A stretch of 64,000 nucleotides of DNA. Source: Klebsiella phage vB_KpM_FBKp24. The stretch lies in sequence record MW394391.1; one strand, 5' to 3'. Under the pieces are notes generated by a model. That model did not search any database and had not been told where the DNA came from. It saw only the letters and a program-made list of their open reading frames with translations. Shown here in pieces: positions 49,056-58,398 of this stretch. How positions within the stretch are numbered: the stretch's first letter is position 1; the number at the start of each line of letters is the position of its first letter. Position numbers and translations under genes: made by a program.

Positions 49056-49366
49056 GTGTCGTCGCCGTCGAAGACCACGCCAGATTCATTCATCCATTTA
49101 GTTTCGCTTTTAGATTTTTTATCCCGGAAAGACGCGGTGGTATAAACTTTATACCCCGGAGTTTGAGCTTCTCCTTCCATAGCGCTCAAGGGACTGGGTT
49201 TACTGCGGAGTACAGCTACTGAAACGGTCTTGGTGTCCACAGTAGGGAAAGTCGCCACAGCTTCCTTAACTGCATTTTGTACTCGGGAGATACAGGCCGC
49301 ATTCGGCGCTGCGATTGCTTGGTTGATTGTCAGGGATGCAATAGCCAGCAGAATAATTTTTTTCAT
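49016..49366 (-). CDS. secreted protein (116 aa) with signal peptide MKKIILLAIASLTINQAIA
   Basis: N-terminal signal-peptide features. Confidence 0.5.
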   Translation of the reverse strand: MKKIILLAIASLTINQAIAAPNAACISRVQNAVKEAVATFPTVDTKTVSVAVLRSKPSPLSAMEGEAQTPGYKVYTTASFRDKKSKSETKWMNESGVVFDGDDTCSVLYSNVDIAG

Positions 49367-49462
49367 TGTTTTCTCCTTCTAAAACGCGGTTCATCTGTTC
49401 GGTGTTTAAGTTCAAGCCAATTTCACTCATAGCACGAAAGAAATCGACATCGTTAATTTTGT

Positions 49463-49864
49463 TCATTCAGTGATCACAAAGGTGTTTTCAGAAAACGGAC
49501 GGAGGTTACCTCGTTCAATCCAATACCCGTAATTCAAGAGTGAATCAAACCATCTGAGTATAGGTTGAGCTAGAGAGTGTATTTCTATTTCTTCAATGAT
49601 CGTTAACCAATTCGTCTCAACTTCAATATCAAGTAAATATCCTTCGTAGTCGCAGTTGAGTACATCGTAGAGCGTCTCAGCAAAGAGATTTACATCGATG
49701 TCAAGATAATGAAGATCGTTTCGGGAAAGTATTCGTAGTGTATCGTATATTGGACAGAGCGTCTCAAAAAAGAGCATCGCATGATTTTTTGAGAGCACCC
49801 TAATAAAGAAAGGATATTCTACGTAGACCCTTTTACGCCGTGTTCCCGTAGAATTGTAAGTCAT
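49463..49864 (-). CDS. hypothetical protein (133 aa)
   Basis: ORF. Confidence 0.5.
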   Translation of the reverse strand: MTYNSTGTRRKRVYVEYPFFIRVLSKNHAMLFFETLCPIYDTLRILSRNDLHYLDIDVNLFAETLYDVLNCDYEGYLLDIEVETNWLTIIEEIEIHSLAQPILRWFDSLLNYGYWIERGNLRPFSENTFVITE

Positions 49865-50072
49865 CGGGCCGCCGCTCCTTCAATTCACGTAAAAGGACGG
49901 TCAGTGGCGCCGGGGATAATGCGACTTTTCCCAGCCACGAATAACAGTCGTTCTCTTTTACGGTTAGTCTGACAAAACGCGCTGTTGTTTTAATGGCATT
50001 TTGTGTTTTATGTATAGCGTATGCCAACTGCAATGTCAGTAGGATATCGTCCCATTCTGTTTCATTTCCCAT
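49833..50072 (-). CDS. hypothetical protein (79 aa)
   Basis: ORF. Confidence 0.4.
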   Translation of the reverse strand: MGNETEWDDILLTLQLAYAIHKTQNAIKTTARFVRLTVKENDCYSWLGKVALSPAPLTVLLRELKERRPDDLQFYGNTA

Positions 50073-50074
50073 TT

Positions 50075-50485
50075 TTAACCTCTGTCGATAGTGAAAATAT
50101 CAAAACCAAAAAACCCGGGGGCGTCTTTGTTCTGTTCACCAAGGCGCCAGTAGTCGTTAAACGCCCGACGACGGATTCTTAACACTCCCTCGAACGCGAC
50201 CAAAGTAGGGTCAGTAAAAAGGAGATTGGCTTTGATTCCTTTCTCCGTAAGTCGGAAATTAGTGAAGAGGTGAGTCGGCTCTTTAAATTTCCTGTAACGC
50301 AGATAAAATTGATCAAAGGTCTCAGTGTGTTTCTTATCCAAAGAAGGATTGAGTTCGCCTTTTAGACTTTCTCGTGCTTTGAACGCGCGAAGTAGACGCT
50401 CTAGATCCGTTGGACGCATGAAATCTGGTAAGGGTAAATAAACATCGACAATGTGATCTTGATTAGCGACTTTAAACACAGACAT
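50075..50485 (-). CDS. hypothetical protein (136 aa)
   Basis: ORF. Confidence 0.55.
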   Translation of the reverse strand: MSVFKVANQDHIVDVYLPLPDFMRPTDLERLLRAFKARESLKGELNPSLDKKHTETFDQFYLRYRKFKEPTHLFTNFRLTEKGIKANLLFTDPTLVAFEGVLRIRRRAFNDYWRLGEQNKDAPGFFGFDIFTIDRG

Positions 50486-50542
50486 TTCCTTTTGTGATGA
50501 TTACAACGAAAAAAGAGGGTGACTACTCACCCTCGAAATAAT

Positions 50543-50725
50543 TTAAATTTTACAAGCCCCGCCTTCACAGTCATCGCTAGCTTCGATTTCCGGTTGGGCT
50601 TCGATGAACGCTTCGTTCTTTGCCGTCGCTGCTTCAACTTCTGCATCGCTGAGCGTAAATGAGTCAAAGTCGAGACTCTCATCTTTGGTACCGCTGAAAC
50701 GGGTACCGGGAACAGGTTGTGCCAT
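50543..50725 (-). CDS. small acidic protein (60 aa)
   Basis: ORF bracketed by terminators. Confidence 0.4.
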   Translation of the reverse strand: MAQPVPGTRFSGTKDESLDFDSFTLSDAEVEAATAKNEAFIEAQPEIEASDDCEGGACKI

Positions 50726-50784
50726 TAGAACTTTTCCTTTTTTAATCCGAGACGTAATGCCTCAAAGAAAGACAAGTAAGACTT

Positions 50785-50845
50785 AAAAAAGAAAAAGACC
50801 CAGAGGCATAGAGGGTTACAAACCCTCTATGCCTTCTTTGAGATC
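50785..50845 (-). terminator. intrinsic terminator, 14-bp stem (aggcatagagggtt..aaccctctatgcct) followed by T-rich run on - strand
   Basis: read directly from the sequence. Confidence 0.6.
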
Positions 50846-51314
50846 AATCAAGGTAAAAACATTTCCCGCCTTTGTTCTCCGCTACTAATTTTTTCAGTCC
50901 GTTAGTAGAGAAGACCACGTAGGCATCCGGGTGACCCTCAACGTACAGTTTGAAATTTTTCGCTTTGGTTACCTTAACGGTGTCGAAGAACGCACGCCAG
51001 TTACTGGATCCAACTCTAGAGAGGGGGGTAATCATCTGGTACGTATCCCCAGCTATGTCAATAACCAACGTATAACGGTCATCGGTAGTAGAAAGAGATT
51101 GTCCTTTCGCGTCGGTCAGGAAAAGCGCCTGATCTGGCCAGTTGTCACCGGTATCGCGACACGAGAACGACAGTGAATAACCGTCTGTACTTTCGGTATA
51201 AAACTCAAGGGTTCCTTGCTGATATGACTCTGTCCAGCGATTCACAACAGCTTGTGAGGCGAAGGACATAAACGCAGAAAGAGCCACCAGTGTTGCAGCG
51301 ATAAATTTTTTCAT
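50844..51314 (-). CDS. secreted protein (156 aa) with signal peptide
   Basis: MKKFIAATLVALSAFMSFASQA. Confidence 0.55.
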   Translation of the reverse strand: MKKFIAATLVALSAFMSFASQAVVNRWTESYQQGTLEFYTESTDGYSLSFSCRDTGDNWPDQALFLTDAKGQSLSTTDDRYTLVIDIAGDTYQMITPLSRVGSSNWRAFFDTVKVTKAKNFKLYVEGHPDAYVVFSTNGLKKLVAENKGGKCFYLD

Positions 51315-51404
51315 GATATTTACCTTTTAGATAGAAGTGTGATTGATTAAAGTGCGGTTTCAGTGGGATGAATCTATAAGAGCGCTTTGCGACTCGGTGA
51401 AGAC

Positions 51405-51683
51405 TTACGCGTAGTACCAGTATCTTCTTTCAGATTCGAGTAAAGAAACCAGAATGAAGCGGAAAAATATACTCATCAAATAACAAATCAGACAAGTTAA
51501 CTTTACCCCGTAAGATGTCCAGTCGCGAAGAGTTCTGACTAAGCGACCTTTCCAGGAATTGTCGAACAATATAGCATCTTTCGCGGCGAATTTTGCCAAT
51601 TGCCAATTAGCAATAAAGAGCAGAGTACCCAGTATCAGCAAAACTATTAACGCAACGAAGGTGATTAACAATAAAGTTTCCAT
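51405..51683 (-). CDS. small membrane protein (92 aa)
   Basis: two hydrophobic helices. Confidence 0.5.
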   Translation of the reverse strand: METLLLITFVALIVLLILGTLLFIANWQLAKFAAKDAILFDNSWKGRLVRTLRDWTSYGVKLTCLICYLMSIFFRFILVSLLESERRYWYYA

Positions 51684-51715
51684 GGAAATGTCCTTAGCGA
51701 AGGGAGAAATGTCTT

Positions 51716-52054
51716 TTAGATGTATTTGAGGTCGTCTGTGTCTTCGCGCATCTGGCGGAGGCGTTCACCTCGCGAACTGTAATAGTTTCGACGAAGTCTG
51801 CGACGATCTTTACGGTTTTGTTGGTAACTAGGTTCAGTTATCAACGTTTCGACAAAAGGTGGTGATTCAGATTCTACCGGTGCAACGACAGTTTCCTCTT
51901 CAGTAAACCCGTTTTCCATTACAGGGGAAACAGGTTCAATTTCAGGGGCAGTGTTAACTTTCTTTTCTGCCGCTGCGCTTTTGTTATTGGCAAAGTACCA
52001 AAAGAGCATTGCCAACAAAGTTATAAGCAGAACGATAGCTATTGTTTCGATCAT
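51716..52054 (-). CDS. single-pass membrane protein with acidic ectodomain (start at MIETIAIVLL preferred)
   Basis: hydrophobic segment. Confidence 0.45.
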   Translation of the reverse strand: MIETIAIVLLITLLAMLFWYFANNKSAAAEKKVNTAPEIEPVSPVMENGFTEEETVVAPVESESPPFVETLITEPSYQQNRKDRRRLRRNYYSSRGERLRQMREDTDDLKYI

Positions 52055-52074
52055 TGGAGTACTCCTTTTAGTAA

Positions 52075-52635
52075 CTATGCGAATGTGGTTTCTGTACAAG
52101 AAAAACCATAGTGTTTATCATTAGGCCGAGTTCCGACCTTTTTCTTTTTGATCGCCTGGCGTCTGTTGTAACGGATTTGACGATACCGTAGTTTAACTAC
52201 CCATACGTAAAGGTTCTTAAGAATAAAGGACCCTGCAATTAATCCAGATCCCAGCATAACTGCTTTTGCCAACGGATGGGGTATGAAGTAGTTATAACTG
52301 AAGGCCAAAGTCGCGGCGGTGCCTGTGATGACATAGATGGGGATTTCAGAGCACATCGCTTGGTTGAGTTGATAATATTCAAGTAGCTCGCGAATAATCT
52401 TAATCTTTTCGGCGTCGATTTCTTTTTCAGCCGGGAAGAAATAACGAATAACCGCGTTTGCATCCAATCCAACCGTGTCAATGAATCTAGCCCAGTTTTC
52501 TTTCCCGGCGAGTACGTTGATAACTCGAATTACCGCAACCAAGAGTTCGCTATGTTTAGCGGAACACTTTATTGCCGACAATACAGAGTCCACATCTTCC
52601 CAAGCGCGCCGGTAATCCATCGATCGTTTTTTCAT
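52075..52635 (-). CDS. membrane-anchored protein (186 aa, C-terminal TM)
   Basis: ORF. Confidence 0.5.
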   Translation of the reverse strand: MKKRSMDYRRAWEDVDSVLSAIKCSAKHSELLVAVIRVINVLAGKENWARFIDTVGLDANAVIRYFFPAEKEIDAEKIKIIRELLEYYQLNQAMCSEIPIYVITGTAATLAFSYNYFIPHPLAKAVMLGSGLIAGSFILKNLYVWVVKLRYRQIRYNRRQAIKKKKVGTRPNDKHYGFSCTETTFA

Positions 52636-52946
52636 TTAGCTTCTTCCAGAATAACGTTGACCCGACTTTCGCGTTTGATAGCCCAGGTTAAGATAACTGC
52701 GTTCAATAACCCAATGACAACAAATGCAACGAAATCAACCGATACCATCACCGCGCCCAGAATACCGATAATGGTCAGAATGGCCAGAAAGGCGTAGTTG
52801 ATAAAGATCATATTCCGAGAACGTTTCTGATACTTCTCTTCGGTTGATTTTTTACCGGCACGAATAAAAGCCACGGTAATGCCGTTGAGGAATAAAGAGA
52901 CAATTCCGAACAGAACGATCGCTACGCAGATTAAAGTGGTTAACAT
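52632..52946 (-). CDS. integral membrane protein (104 aa, ~3 TM)
   Basis: hydrophobic profile. Confidence 0.5.
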   Translation of the reverse strand: MLTTLICVAIVLFGIVSLFLNGITVAFIRAGKKSTEEKYQKRSRNMIFINYAFLAILTIIGILGAVMVSVDFVAFVVIGLLNAVILTWAIKRESRVNVILEEAK

Positions 52947-53339
52947 GATTTTTACCTATTTATTTAGTAAAAGGGTTGAATGAATTTGTCCTCTAAAGAA
53001 GTGTACAAATCGCATAGAGCGATGCCCAAGATCGACCGGTGAACTCACAGCCTTTTATCTTGCAGCGTCGTGTCGTCTCAGAGAGTGTTTACTACGGCCT
53101 ACGATTCATAATCTCAGACATAACTCGATTTGTTAGTCTAGAGTGAATCGCCCGTCAAAGCCTCGATCTGTTACGGCAACGATAACAACGAATTTTACCA
53201 ATGTACAACTTCTTCTTACGAGATATGAGAGAGTGAGAAAATACACTTTGCTTTAGAATTAAGTAACACTACTTATTTCTAAGCGTTTCATCATAAGCTC
53301 TTCCTTTCAAGTTAAGTGTGCCGAGGGTGGAGTTACTGC

Positions 53340-53687
53340 TTACGCAGTTGCAACGCCAGCTTCGTCAACAGAAGCTTGAGTCGTTTCAACCGGTGCAGTT
53401 ACATCGCCGCTTTCTTTTGGGAAAAGCAGCGCCTTCAGGTTTTTGTAAGTGTCGGTGACGTAGGTCACGATCAGCAGACCCGCTACCATATATGCCGCGA
53501 CTTCGACCGCCAGGCTCAGGAAGAAGATTGCGAAGAAGATCAGGATCGCCATCAGAATCGTGTCGAATACGAAGCTACCTAACGCTTTACCCTTCTCAGT
53601 GATAGAGTAGGTAGTGCTTTCGGTATCGCCTTCAACGACAGTTTCTTTAGCGACGAATTGTGCGAAAAACGATTTGAATTTGTTCAT
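53340..53687 (-). CDS. membrane protein (115 aa), GC3-rich codon usage
   Basis: hydrophobic central segment. Confidence 0.5.
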   Translation of the reverse strand: MNKFKSFFAQFVAKETVVEGDTESTTYSITEKGKALGSFVFDTILMAILIFFAIFFLSLAVEVAAYMVAGLLIVTYVTDTYKNLKALLFPKESGDVTAPVETTQASVDEAGVATA

Positions 53688-53770
53688 GATATTTACCTTT
53701 TAGATGGATTAGATAATAACTGCATTTGAGAGAGTACTACTAACACCGTTGAGAGACGGTGGCCTAGAGC

Positions 53771-53887
53771 TTAAATAAACTGTACTGCCGCGATTACGAT
53801 CAGCGCTAAAATACAAGCTGGGAGGACAGCCAAATCCAGAGCAATAGCCATTGCCCCAGCCCCGAATAAAGAGAGTGCGTTTTTCAT
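53771..53887 (-). CDS. 38-aa hydrophobic peptide (MKNALSLFGAGAMAIALDLAVLPACILALIVIAAVQFI)
   Basis: ATG overlaps the upstream stop (TAATG); not in the ORF track. Confidence 0.35.
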   Translation of the reverse strand: MKNALSLFGAGAMAIALDLAVLPACILALIVIAAVQFI

Positions 53888-54057
53888 TACGCTGGCTCCC
53901 CGTGGTCTGTGTTCATCCATTTTCCGGTATTAGCCTGGGAATCGATGATAGCGCCGACCATACCGGCCACAAAAGCAATAAGAATCGCTGGAACTACTGT
54001 CAGTTCAAACATAGCTGAAACCAACAGAACAATAATTAGCATGATGAAATAAGTCAT
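53887..54057 (-). CDS. 56-aa membrane peptide (MTYFIMLIIVLLVSAMFELTVVPAILIAFVAGMVGAII...)
   Basis: AAGAGG SD before the internal ATG of track ORF 53887..54153. Confidence 0.4.
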   Translation of the reverse strand: MTYFIMLIIVLLVSAMFELTVVPAILIAFVAGMVGAIIDSQANTGKWMNTDHGEPA

Positions 54058-54071
54058 TTTAATTACCTCTT

Positions 54072-54230
54072 TTAAAGTTCGTATGAGATTGCCATGATCA
54101 GGAAGAAAGGGGAAAGCGCATACCAGGTAATGACACTTACAACCCCGTAACAAATAGCCATCGGTATACTCACGCCGAAGATGAAAAGAGTGATGAAAAA
54201 TCCCATTAGGAAGATAATTAATTCTTTCAT
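54072..54230 (-). CDS. 52-aa membrane peptide (MKELIIFLMGFFITLFIFGVSIPMAICYGVVSVITWYALSPFFLIMAISYEL)
   Basis: AGAGGAAAGT SD; not in the ORF track. Confidence 0.4.
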   Translation of the reverse strand: MKELIIFLMGFFITLFIFGVSIPMAICYGVVSVITWYALSPFFLIMAISYEL

Positions 54231-54360
54231 ACTTTCCTCTTAGACCTCTTAGGTCAGTAAATGGATGTTTAGTTATCAGAAAAGCGTTATATCTTTCCTA
54301 TTTCACTGTAGCAATATATACATCAAAAAAACTGCATTTCGATTCTTAAGAGTTTTTATG
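54231..54360. repeat. divergent promoter module, copy B (CTATTTCACTGTAGCAATATATACATCAAAAAAACTGCATTTCGATT)
   Basis: ~88% identical to 32594..32700. Confidence 0.7.
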
Positions 54361-54388
54361 ACCCCTTCTACAACACAGGCTCTCTACG

Positions 54389-54928
54389 ATGAAAAAACTC
54401 ACTATTTGGGGACTCCCTGTCCCTTTACTCGGTTTTCTTCACTGGTTCGTTTTTCTATTGATTTATTTCTTTGCGTTAATTATTTGTGTTTTTGTCACCC
54501 CGTTCCTTCCTATTTTCGCAACTAAGGAAGGTAGACTCCCTACGTGGTTAGCCTGGTTTGATACCCCAGATAACACCCTTGATGGGGATTCAGGCTGGAA
54601 AGAGAAGCATTCGCTTTGGGTAAAATTTTTACCGGATTGGGCCGAGACTTATGTGGCCCGAGTATTCTGGTTATACCGTAACCCTCTTTATGGTTTCTCG
54701 ATCAGCGTTCTAGGGGCCCCTAAGGATAAACACCTCCAGCCGGTTCTGGACGGTAAAGGCTTTGACGTAAAAGGGACGTATAAGTCGCATTACTGGATGG
54801 TTTATTTCATGCGGGATGATCATGTCAAGAAACGCCGTTTTAAAGTGTATATCGGATGGAAACTCAAAGCGGAAGGATTTGATAAATATCAGTTCGCTTT
54901 TTTGATTAACCCTTTCCAAACGCCGTAA
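54389..54928 (+). CDS. membrane-anchored protein (179 aa)
   Basis: ATG verified; N-terminal TM; flanked by the duplicated promoter and terminator. Confidence 0.6.
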   Translation: MKKLTIWGLPVPLLGFLHWFVFLLIYFFALIICVFVTPFLPIFATKEGRLPTWLAWFDTPDNTLDGDSGWKEKHSLWVKFLPDWAETYVARVFWLYRNPLYGFSISVLGAPKDKHLQPVLDGKGFDVKGTYKSHYWMVYFMRDDHVKKRRFKVYIGWKLKAEGFDKYQFAFLINPFQTP

Positions 54929-54932
54929 TTGA

Positions 54933-54970
54933 AACAAAAAAAAAAGAGAGGGCAAACGCCCTCTCTTTTT
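54933..54970. terminator. bidirectional terminator, identical copy of 33973..34010
   Basis: exact repeat. Confidence 0.7.
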
Positions 54971-55409
54971 ATATTCTTTTTAAAGAATCGATTTCCAGCG
55001 CCACTTCAAATTCGTAAAGCATTCGCCCGAAGAAGGTCGCAATCGTGAGCAAGCCGAGGAGGTATTCGTGATGTACCATCAACAGAATCGTAAAAGCTAG
55101 TGCAACGATGATTCGCTGACAAACATTCATTCCGCCTACAAAGGTAATGTGTTTTTCTGCCTTTTCAACGATCACTTGGCGCATCGCAGGCGTCAGGACG
55201 GCGCGTGTTATATCGGGCAATGAAACGTATTGATAAAGCACCCAACCTAAACGACCGAGAATGAGTGCTACTGCCCATAGACGAACCAAATCAAAGGCTG
55301 TTTCGTTTTGCTTAAAACACAATACAGCGAGTACCACGCAAGAGAGCAGCGAGCAAATTTTAGAGGTGAGGGTAGAGAGGTAGAACATCTTTGTATTCCT
55401 TTTCTTCAT
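54969..55409 (-). CDS. integral membrane protein (146 aa, ~4 TM)
   Basis: hydrophobic profile. Confidence 0.55.
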   Translation of the reverse strand: MKKRNTKMFYLSTLTSKICSLLSCVVLAVLCFKQNETAFDLVRLWAVALILGRLGWVLYQYVSLPDITRAVLTPAMRQVIVEKAEKHITFVGGMNVCQRIIVALAFTILLMVHHEYLLGLLTIATFFGRMLYEFEVALEIDSLKRI

Positions 55410-55459
55410 GAATTGTCATAGTTGTCAGGGAACGGTTGTTCCCTGACAATGGACGGAGA

Positions 55460-55960
55460 TTAGTTACAGGTCAGAACGAGCTTCCCTTGGATATGGGTCA
55501 CGCCAAATGGCATCTGCTGAGCGTCCAGGTTGATCTTCGGAGCCAGCGCCAGCGTTTTGGTGTTACCTGCGATATTCTGCGCTTGTGCAGCATCAGTCCA
55601 CGCGTATTCCACATTGTTAACGAACACGGAAGTTTGATCGCGGTTGCTCACCGTCATCAGGTTATCGGCAAAGTCGAAGCGACCAGTGTTCTGGGTCAGT
55701 TTCGCTTCAGTGAGGCGCCAGTTTTTCTGGGCCGTGTTGCTGGTCAGCACGAAGTTGATCGCCTTACTGTTATTAGTACCGGTTTCGCCTTTCAACAGGA
55801 TACCGCCGACTTGAACACCGTTCGCGTAATCGATACCGCAGGAGATTTGAGTTTGGTTGTATTCTGCGTCCCAGACCAGTTCATTGGCAGCAAAAGCCGA
55901 AGAGGTCAGTGCCAGAGCGATTACGGAAACAGCGATTTTGATAGATTTCATTTGATACAA
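55460..55960 (-). CDS. secreted protein (166 aa) with signal peptide (AFA-AN cleavage site) and two Cys; GC3-rich
   Basis: MKSIKIAVSVIALALTSSAFA. Confidence 0.55.
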   Translation of the reverse strand: MYQMKSIKIAVSVIALALTSSAFAANELVWDAEYNQTQISCGIDYANGVQVGGILLKGETGTNNSKAINFVLTSNTAQKNWRLTEAKLTQNTGRFDFADNLMTVSNRDQTSVFVNNVEYAWTDAAQAQNIAGNTKTLALAPKINLDAQQMPFGVTHIQGKLVLTCN

Positions 55961-56011
55961 TTCCTATTTGAATAAAGAAAGGTTTTAGTTAAAAACGACG
56001 AGAATTTACTA

Positions 56012-56455
56012 CTATGGATCAACTTGCATGGCGCGTTGAGAATCCATTTGTTGATTCTTTTCCATGCGATCCATTTCCATCTCCAAACGTTTAATTTGGA
56101 GTTCTTTCTGACGGCGACTCAAATCAGCGAGTCTTTCACATGACTCTGCCATTTTATCGTCGCCCCCGAGAGGGATACTGATGCTAACGTAACCGCCTTT
56201 ATCGTCATTAGCATAACGATACTCGCTGCCGTTATTTCCGTACGCACCAACGTTGATTGTCGCCTGAGGACGGCTAACCTCACAGCTAATATCACCGTTT
56301 TGAATACGGCCGCGGTTTTCTGCGATGTTGTTGGTGATATAGGGAGCATCAGCAAAGGCGGTGCCAGCTGCTACCAATGTTACAATGAACAAGAGAATTT
56401 TATTCGAGATCGACATTGAAACATGCCTCTGGCTGAATTTCCGATTGAGGGACAA
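56012..56455 (-). CDS. secreted protein with C-terminal coiled coil (start probably at MSISNKILLF)
   Basis: signal peptide ILLFIVTLVAAGTAFA. Confidence 0.5.
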   Translation of the reverse strand: MSLNRKFSQRHVSMSISNKILLFIVTLVAAGTAFADAPYITNNIAENRGRIQNGDISCEVSRPQATINVGAYGNNGSEYRYANDDKGGYVSISIPLGGDDKMAESCERLADLSRRQKELQIKRLEMEMDRMEKNQQMDSQRAMQVDP

Positions 56456-56771
56456 CCTGCATGGCGCAGATCATTACGTATTTTTTACCGTTACTTCTCT
56501 CCCGAATAAATTTATTATTGACTTTGATAGGGAAGGTTGCCCTTTCTCCACCGAAGACATATTTTTTATACGGAACGCCGTTTTTATCGGCGATTTTTTT
56601 ATCTTCGACGCGAAATACAAAATCAGAAGATTCTTTCGAATCAACAAACATCTCAACAACTGTATAGTTGTCGTATCCGATCGGTGTTACCCGCTGCACC
56701 GGGCCGAAATAAAATGCCATGGCATTAACAGAGAACAGCGACAAAAGAGTAAGTAGTAATAAGCGTTTCAT
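56400..56771 (-). CDS. secreted protein (123 aa) with signal peptide MKRLLLLTLLSLFSVNAMA
   Basis: signal peptide. Confidence 0.5.
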   Translation of the reverse strand: MKRLLLLTLLSLFSVNAMAFYFGPVQRVTPIGYDNYTVVEMFVDSKESSDFVFRVEDKKIADKNGVPYKKYVFGGERATFPIKVNNKFIRERSNGKKYVMICAMQVVPQSEIQPEACFNVDLE

Positions 56772-56838
56772 TCAATTTCTCGGTGAAAGAAAAATAATAG
56801 AGGGAGTGAAGGGTATTAATACCCTTCACTGTATAATC

Positions 56839-57255
56839 TTATTTGCAATGACGGCGCGGTTGATGGTTAAAGTTATTCTTCAAACGCTCCAGTGAACTTT
56901 TAGATGCCGGCGGTTCGGTGACTTTAGTGTTGTTGATAGATACAACATTTTGCTTTCCAGTGCACGGCCAAATTTCAAGAATTAATTCGGCTGTATCGTC
57001 TTTTTCCAGACCACCATAAACTTCGGAAAGAAGGTAGTAATCTGAAAATGCCGCTGCGTCTAAAATCAGATCAGAGATCTTAGAACCCGCGACAGGGTAA
57101 AGTTGACTAACAACTAATTCCCCGTCCAGTAAATATTCTGCTAAGGTAATTTTGGGAGTGGAATAAACCGCTTTTACTTTAATATCCTTAACGGAAAATT
57201 TACTTGAGGTGATTGCCTTCTGAATGTTTTCAATGGTTTTTTTAGCTAATAACAT
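56839..57255 (-). CDS. hypothetical protein (138 aa)
   Basis: ORF. Confidence 0.5.
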   Translation of the reverse strand: MLLAKKTIENIQKAITSSKFSVKDIKVKAVYSTPKITLAEYLLDGELVVSQLYPVAGSKISDLILDAAAFSDYYLLSEVYGGLEKDDTAELILEIWPCTGKQNVVSINNTKVTEPPASKSSLERLKNNFNHQPRRHCK

Positions 57256-57354
57256 GTGAAACTCCTTTTTAAATGGTTTAGTTTGGTTTCGTGAAAAGGT
57301 TTTATTATTCCTTGTTCACCTTAGAAATATATATGTTAAAAAAATTGGAAATCA

Positions 57355-57392
57355 AAAAAAAAGAAAGAGAGAGGAAACCCTCTCTCTTTCTT
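57355..57392 (-). terminator. intrinsic terminator A9-gaaagagagagg-aaac-cctctctctttc with T9 on - strand
   Basis: 12-bp stem. Confidence 0.65.
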
Positions 57393-57396
57393 ACCT

Positions 57397-57684
57397 TTAC
57401 TCGGTTTCTTTCAAACCGAGTAAAATATCGGCTTTTTCTCGCGCTACTTTCTCTGAATGGGTGAGGCCATGACCTTGACGCTGATGTCCGCACATCCAAC
57501 AACTGCAATTACAAGGAGTGGTCGCAACCCGCCCGATAATACCTTTATCGGTTTGAGGTTTCATGTTGAGAAAATAAACGTTTGCGTTCCAGTAGTGAGA
57601 AACTTTCTTTTTCTTCACTACTTTTTTGAACCGACGATAAGCGCGATCGCGTTGTGCCATAATTCCGATTCCTCTTAATTTCAC
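57397..57684 (-). CDS. small basic Cys-rich protein (putative zinc-binding; CNCSCWMCGH)
   Basis: ORF; start may be the internal MAQRD. Confidence 0.45.
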   Translation of the reverse strand: MKLRGIGIMAQRDRAYRRFKKVVKKKKVSHYWNANVYFLNMKPQTDKGIIGRVATTPCNCSCWMCGHQRQGHGLTHSEKVAREKADILLGLKETE

Positions 57685-57742
57685 CCGTAAGGAACATCCC
57701 TACGGGCAACGTGGGAATTCAGAATGGCGGTAGTACCGCGTT

Positions 57743-58195
57743 TTAGGCAGCATAGGCTTTTTCAACCCCCAATAAAATTTCCCCGAGTTTCTCACCGGTA
57801 ATATCCCCTAACCCTTCGATAAAAGATTGAAGGGCGCTGACCCCTAGTTTAAGATTACGGGAAGGACCAGCCCAGTAATTAAGGGAAAGTGAAATATAAA
57901 AACACTCTGGCGCGAAGCGAATGCCTGAGCTTTTTACGCCAGGCGTGACATGGAACAGCGGAACGAACGGTATTTTATTCGCCGATAGACCGTTAACAAT
58001 TTCGTCCCCGTTCTTTATTGGGAACAGGTCATGAAAACTGATAACGACAGATCGGTTTTTGGCTTTGACAAACAATCCGAAGTTGATACGTAATTTATCG
58101 GCATTACTAACCTGAATAAAGTCGCCGAATTCGGCTTTGTTCCGTTTGGTCCAAAGTGCATTACGACCTTTAAAAGTACAAAGCATTTGAATCAC
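57743..58195 (-). CDS. hypothetical protein (150 aa)
   Basis: ORF. Confidence 0.5.
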   Translation of the reverse strand: MIQMLCTFKGRNALWTKRNKAEFGDFIQVSNADKLRINFGLFVKAKNRSVVISFHDLFPIKNGDEIVNGLSANKIPFVPLFHVTPGVKSSGIRFAPECFYISLSLNYWAGPSRNLKLGVSALQSFIEGLGDITGEKLGEILLGVEKAYAA

Positions 58196-58398
58196 CCTTC
58201 CCCGAAGATAGAGTTAATTAACTCGTCGTTACCCGACGCGTAGATCTTTCTGCTCAATGCAGCATTTTCTACTTTCCATTGATACAACGCCCGTCCCTTG
58301 TTAGGGTGCGGCATTTGTTTTCGTAACGCCTTCTTTTCTTTACGGGTCATTTTAACCCCGCGTTTCCAAATTGACTTTGCCATTATTCCTCCGGCCAA
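58192..58398 (-). CDS. small basic protein (68 aa)
   Basis: ORF. Confidence 0.4.
   Translation of the reverse strand: MAGGIMAKSIWKRGVKMTRKEKKALRKQMPHPNKGRALYQWKVENAALSRKIYASGNDELINSIFGEG

Noticed and set aside
55460-55960. Fimbrial or pilin subunit call for the 166-aa secreted protein
   Set aside because: The signal peptide and size fit, but the C-terminal donor-strand motif and conserved Cys spacing of chaperone-usher subunits are absent. Left as a secreted hypothetical.
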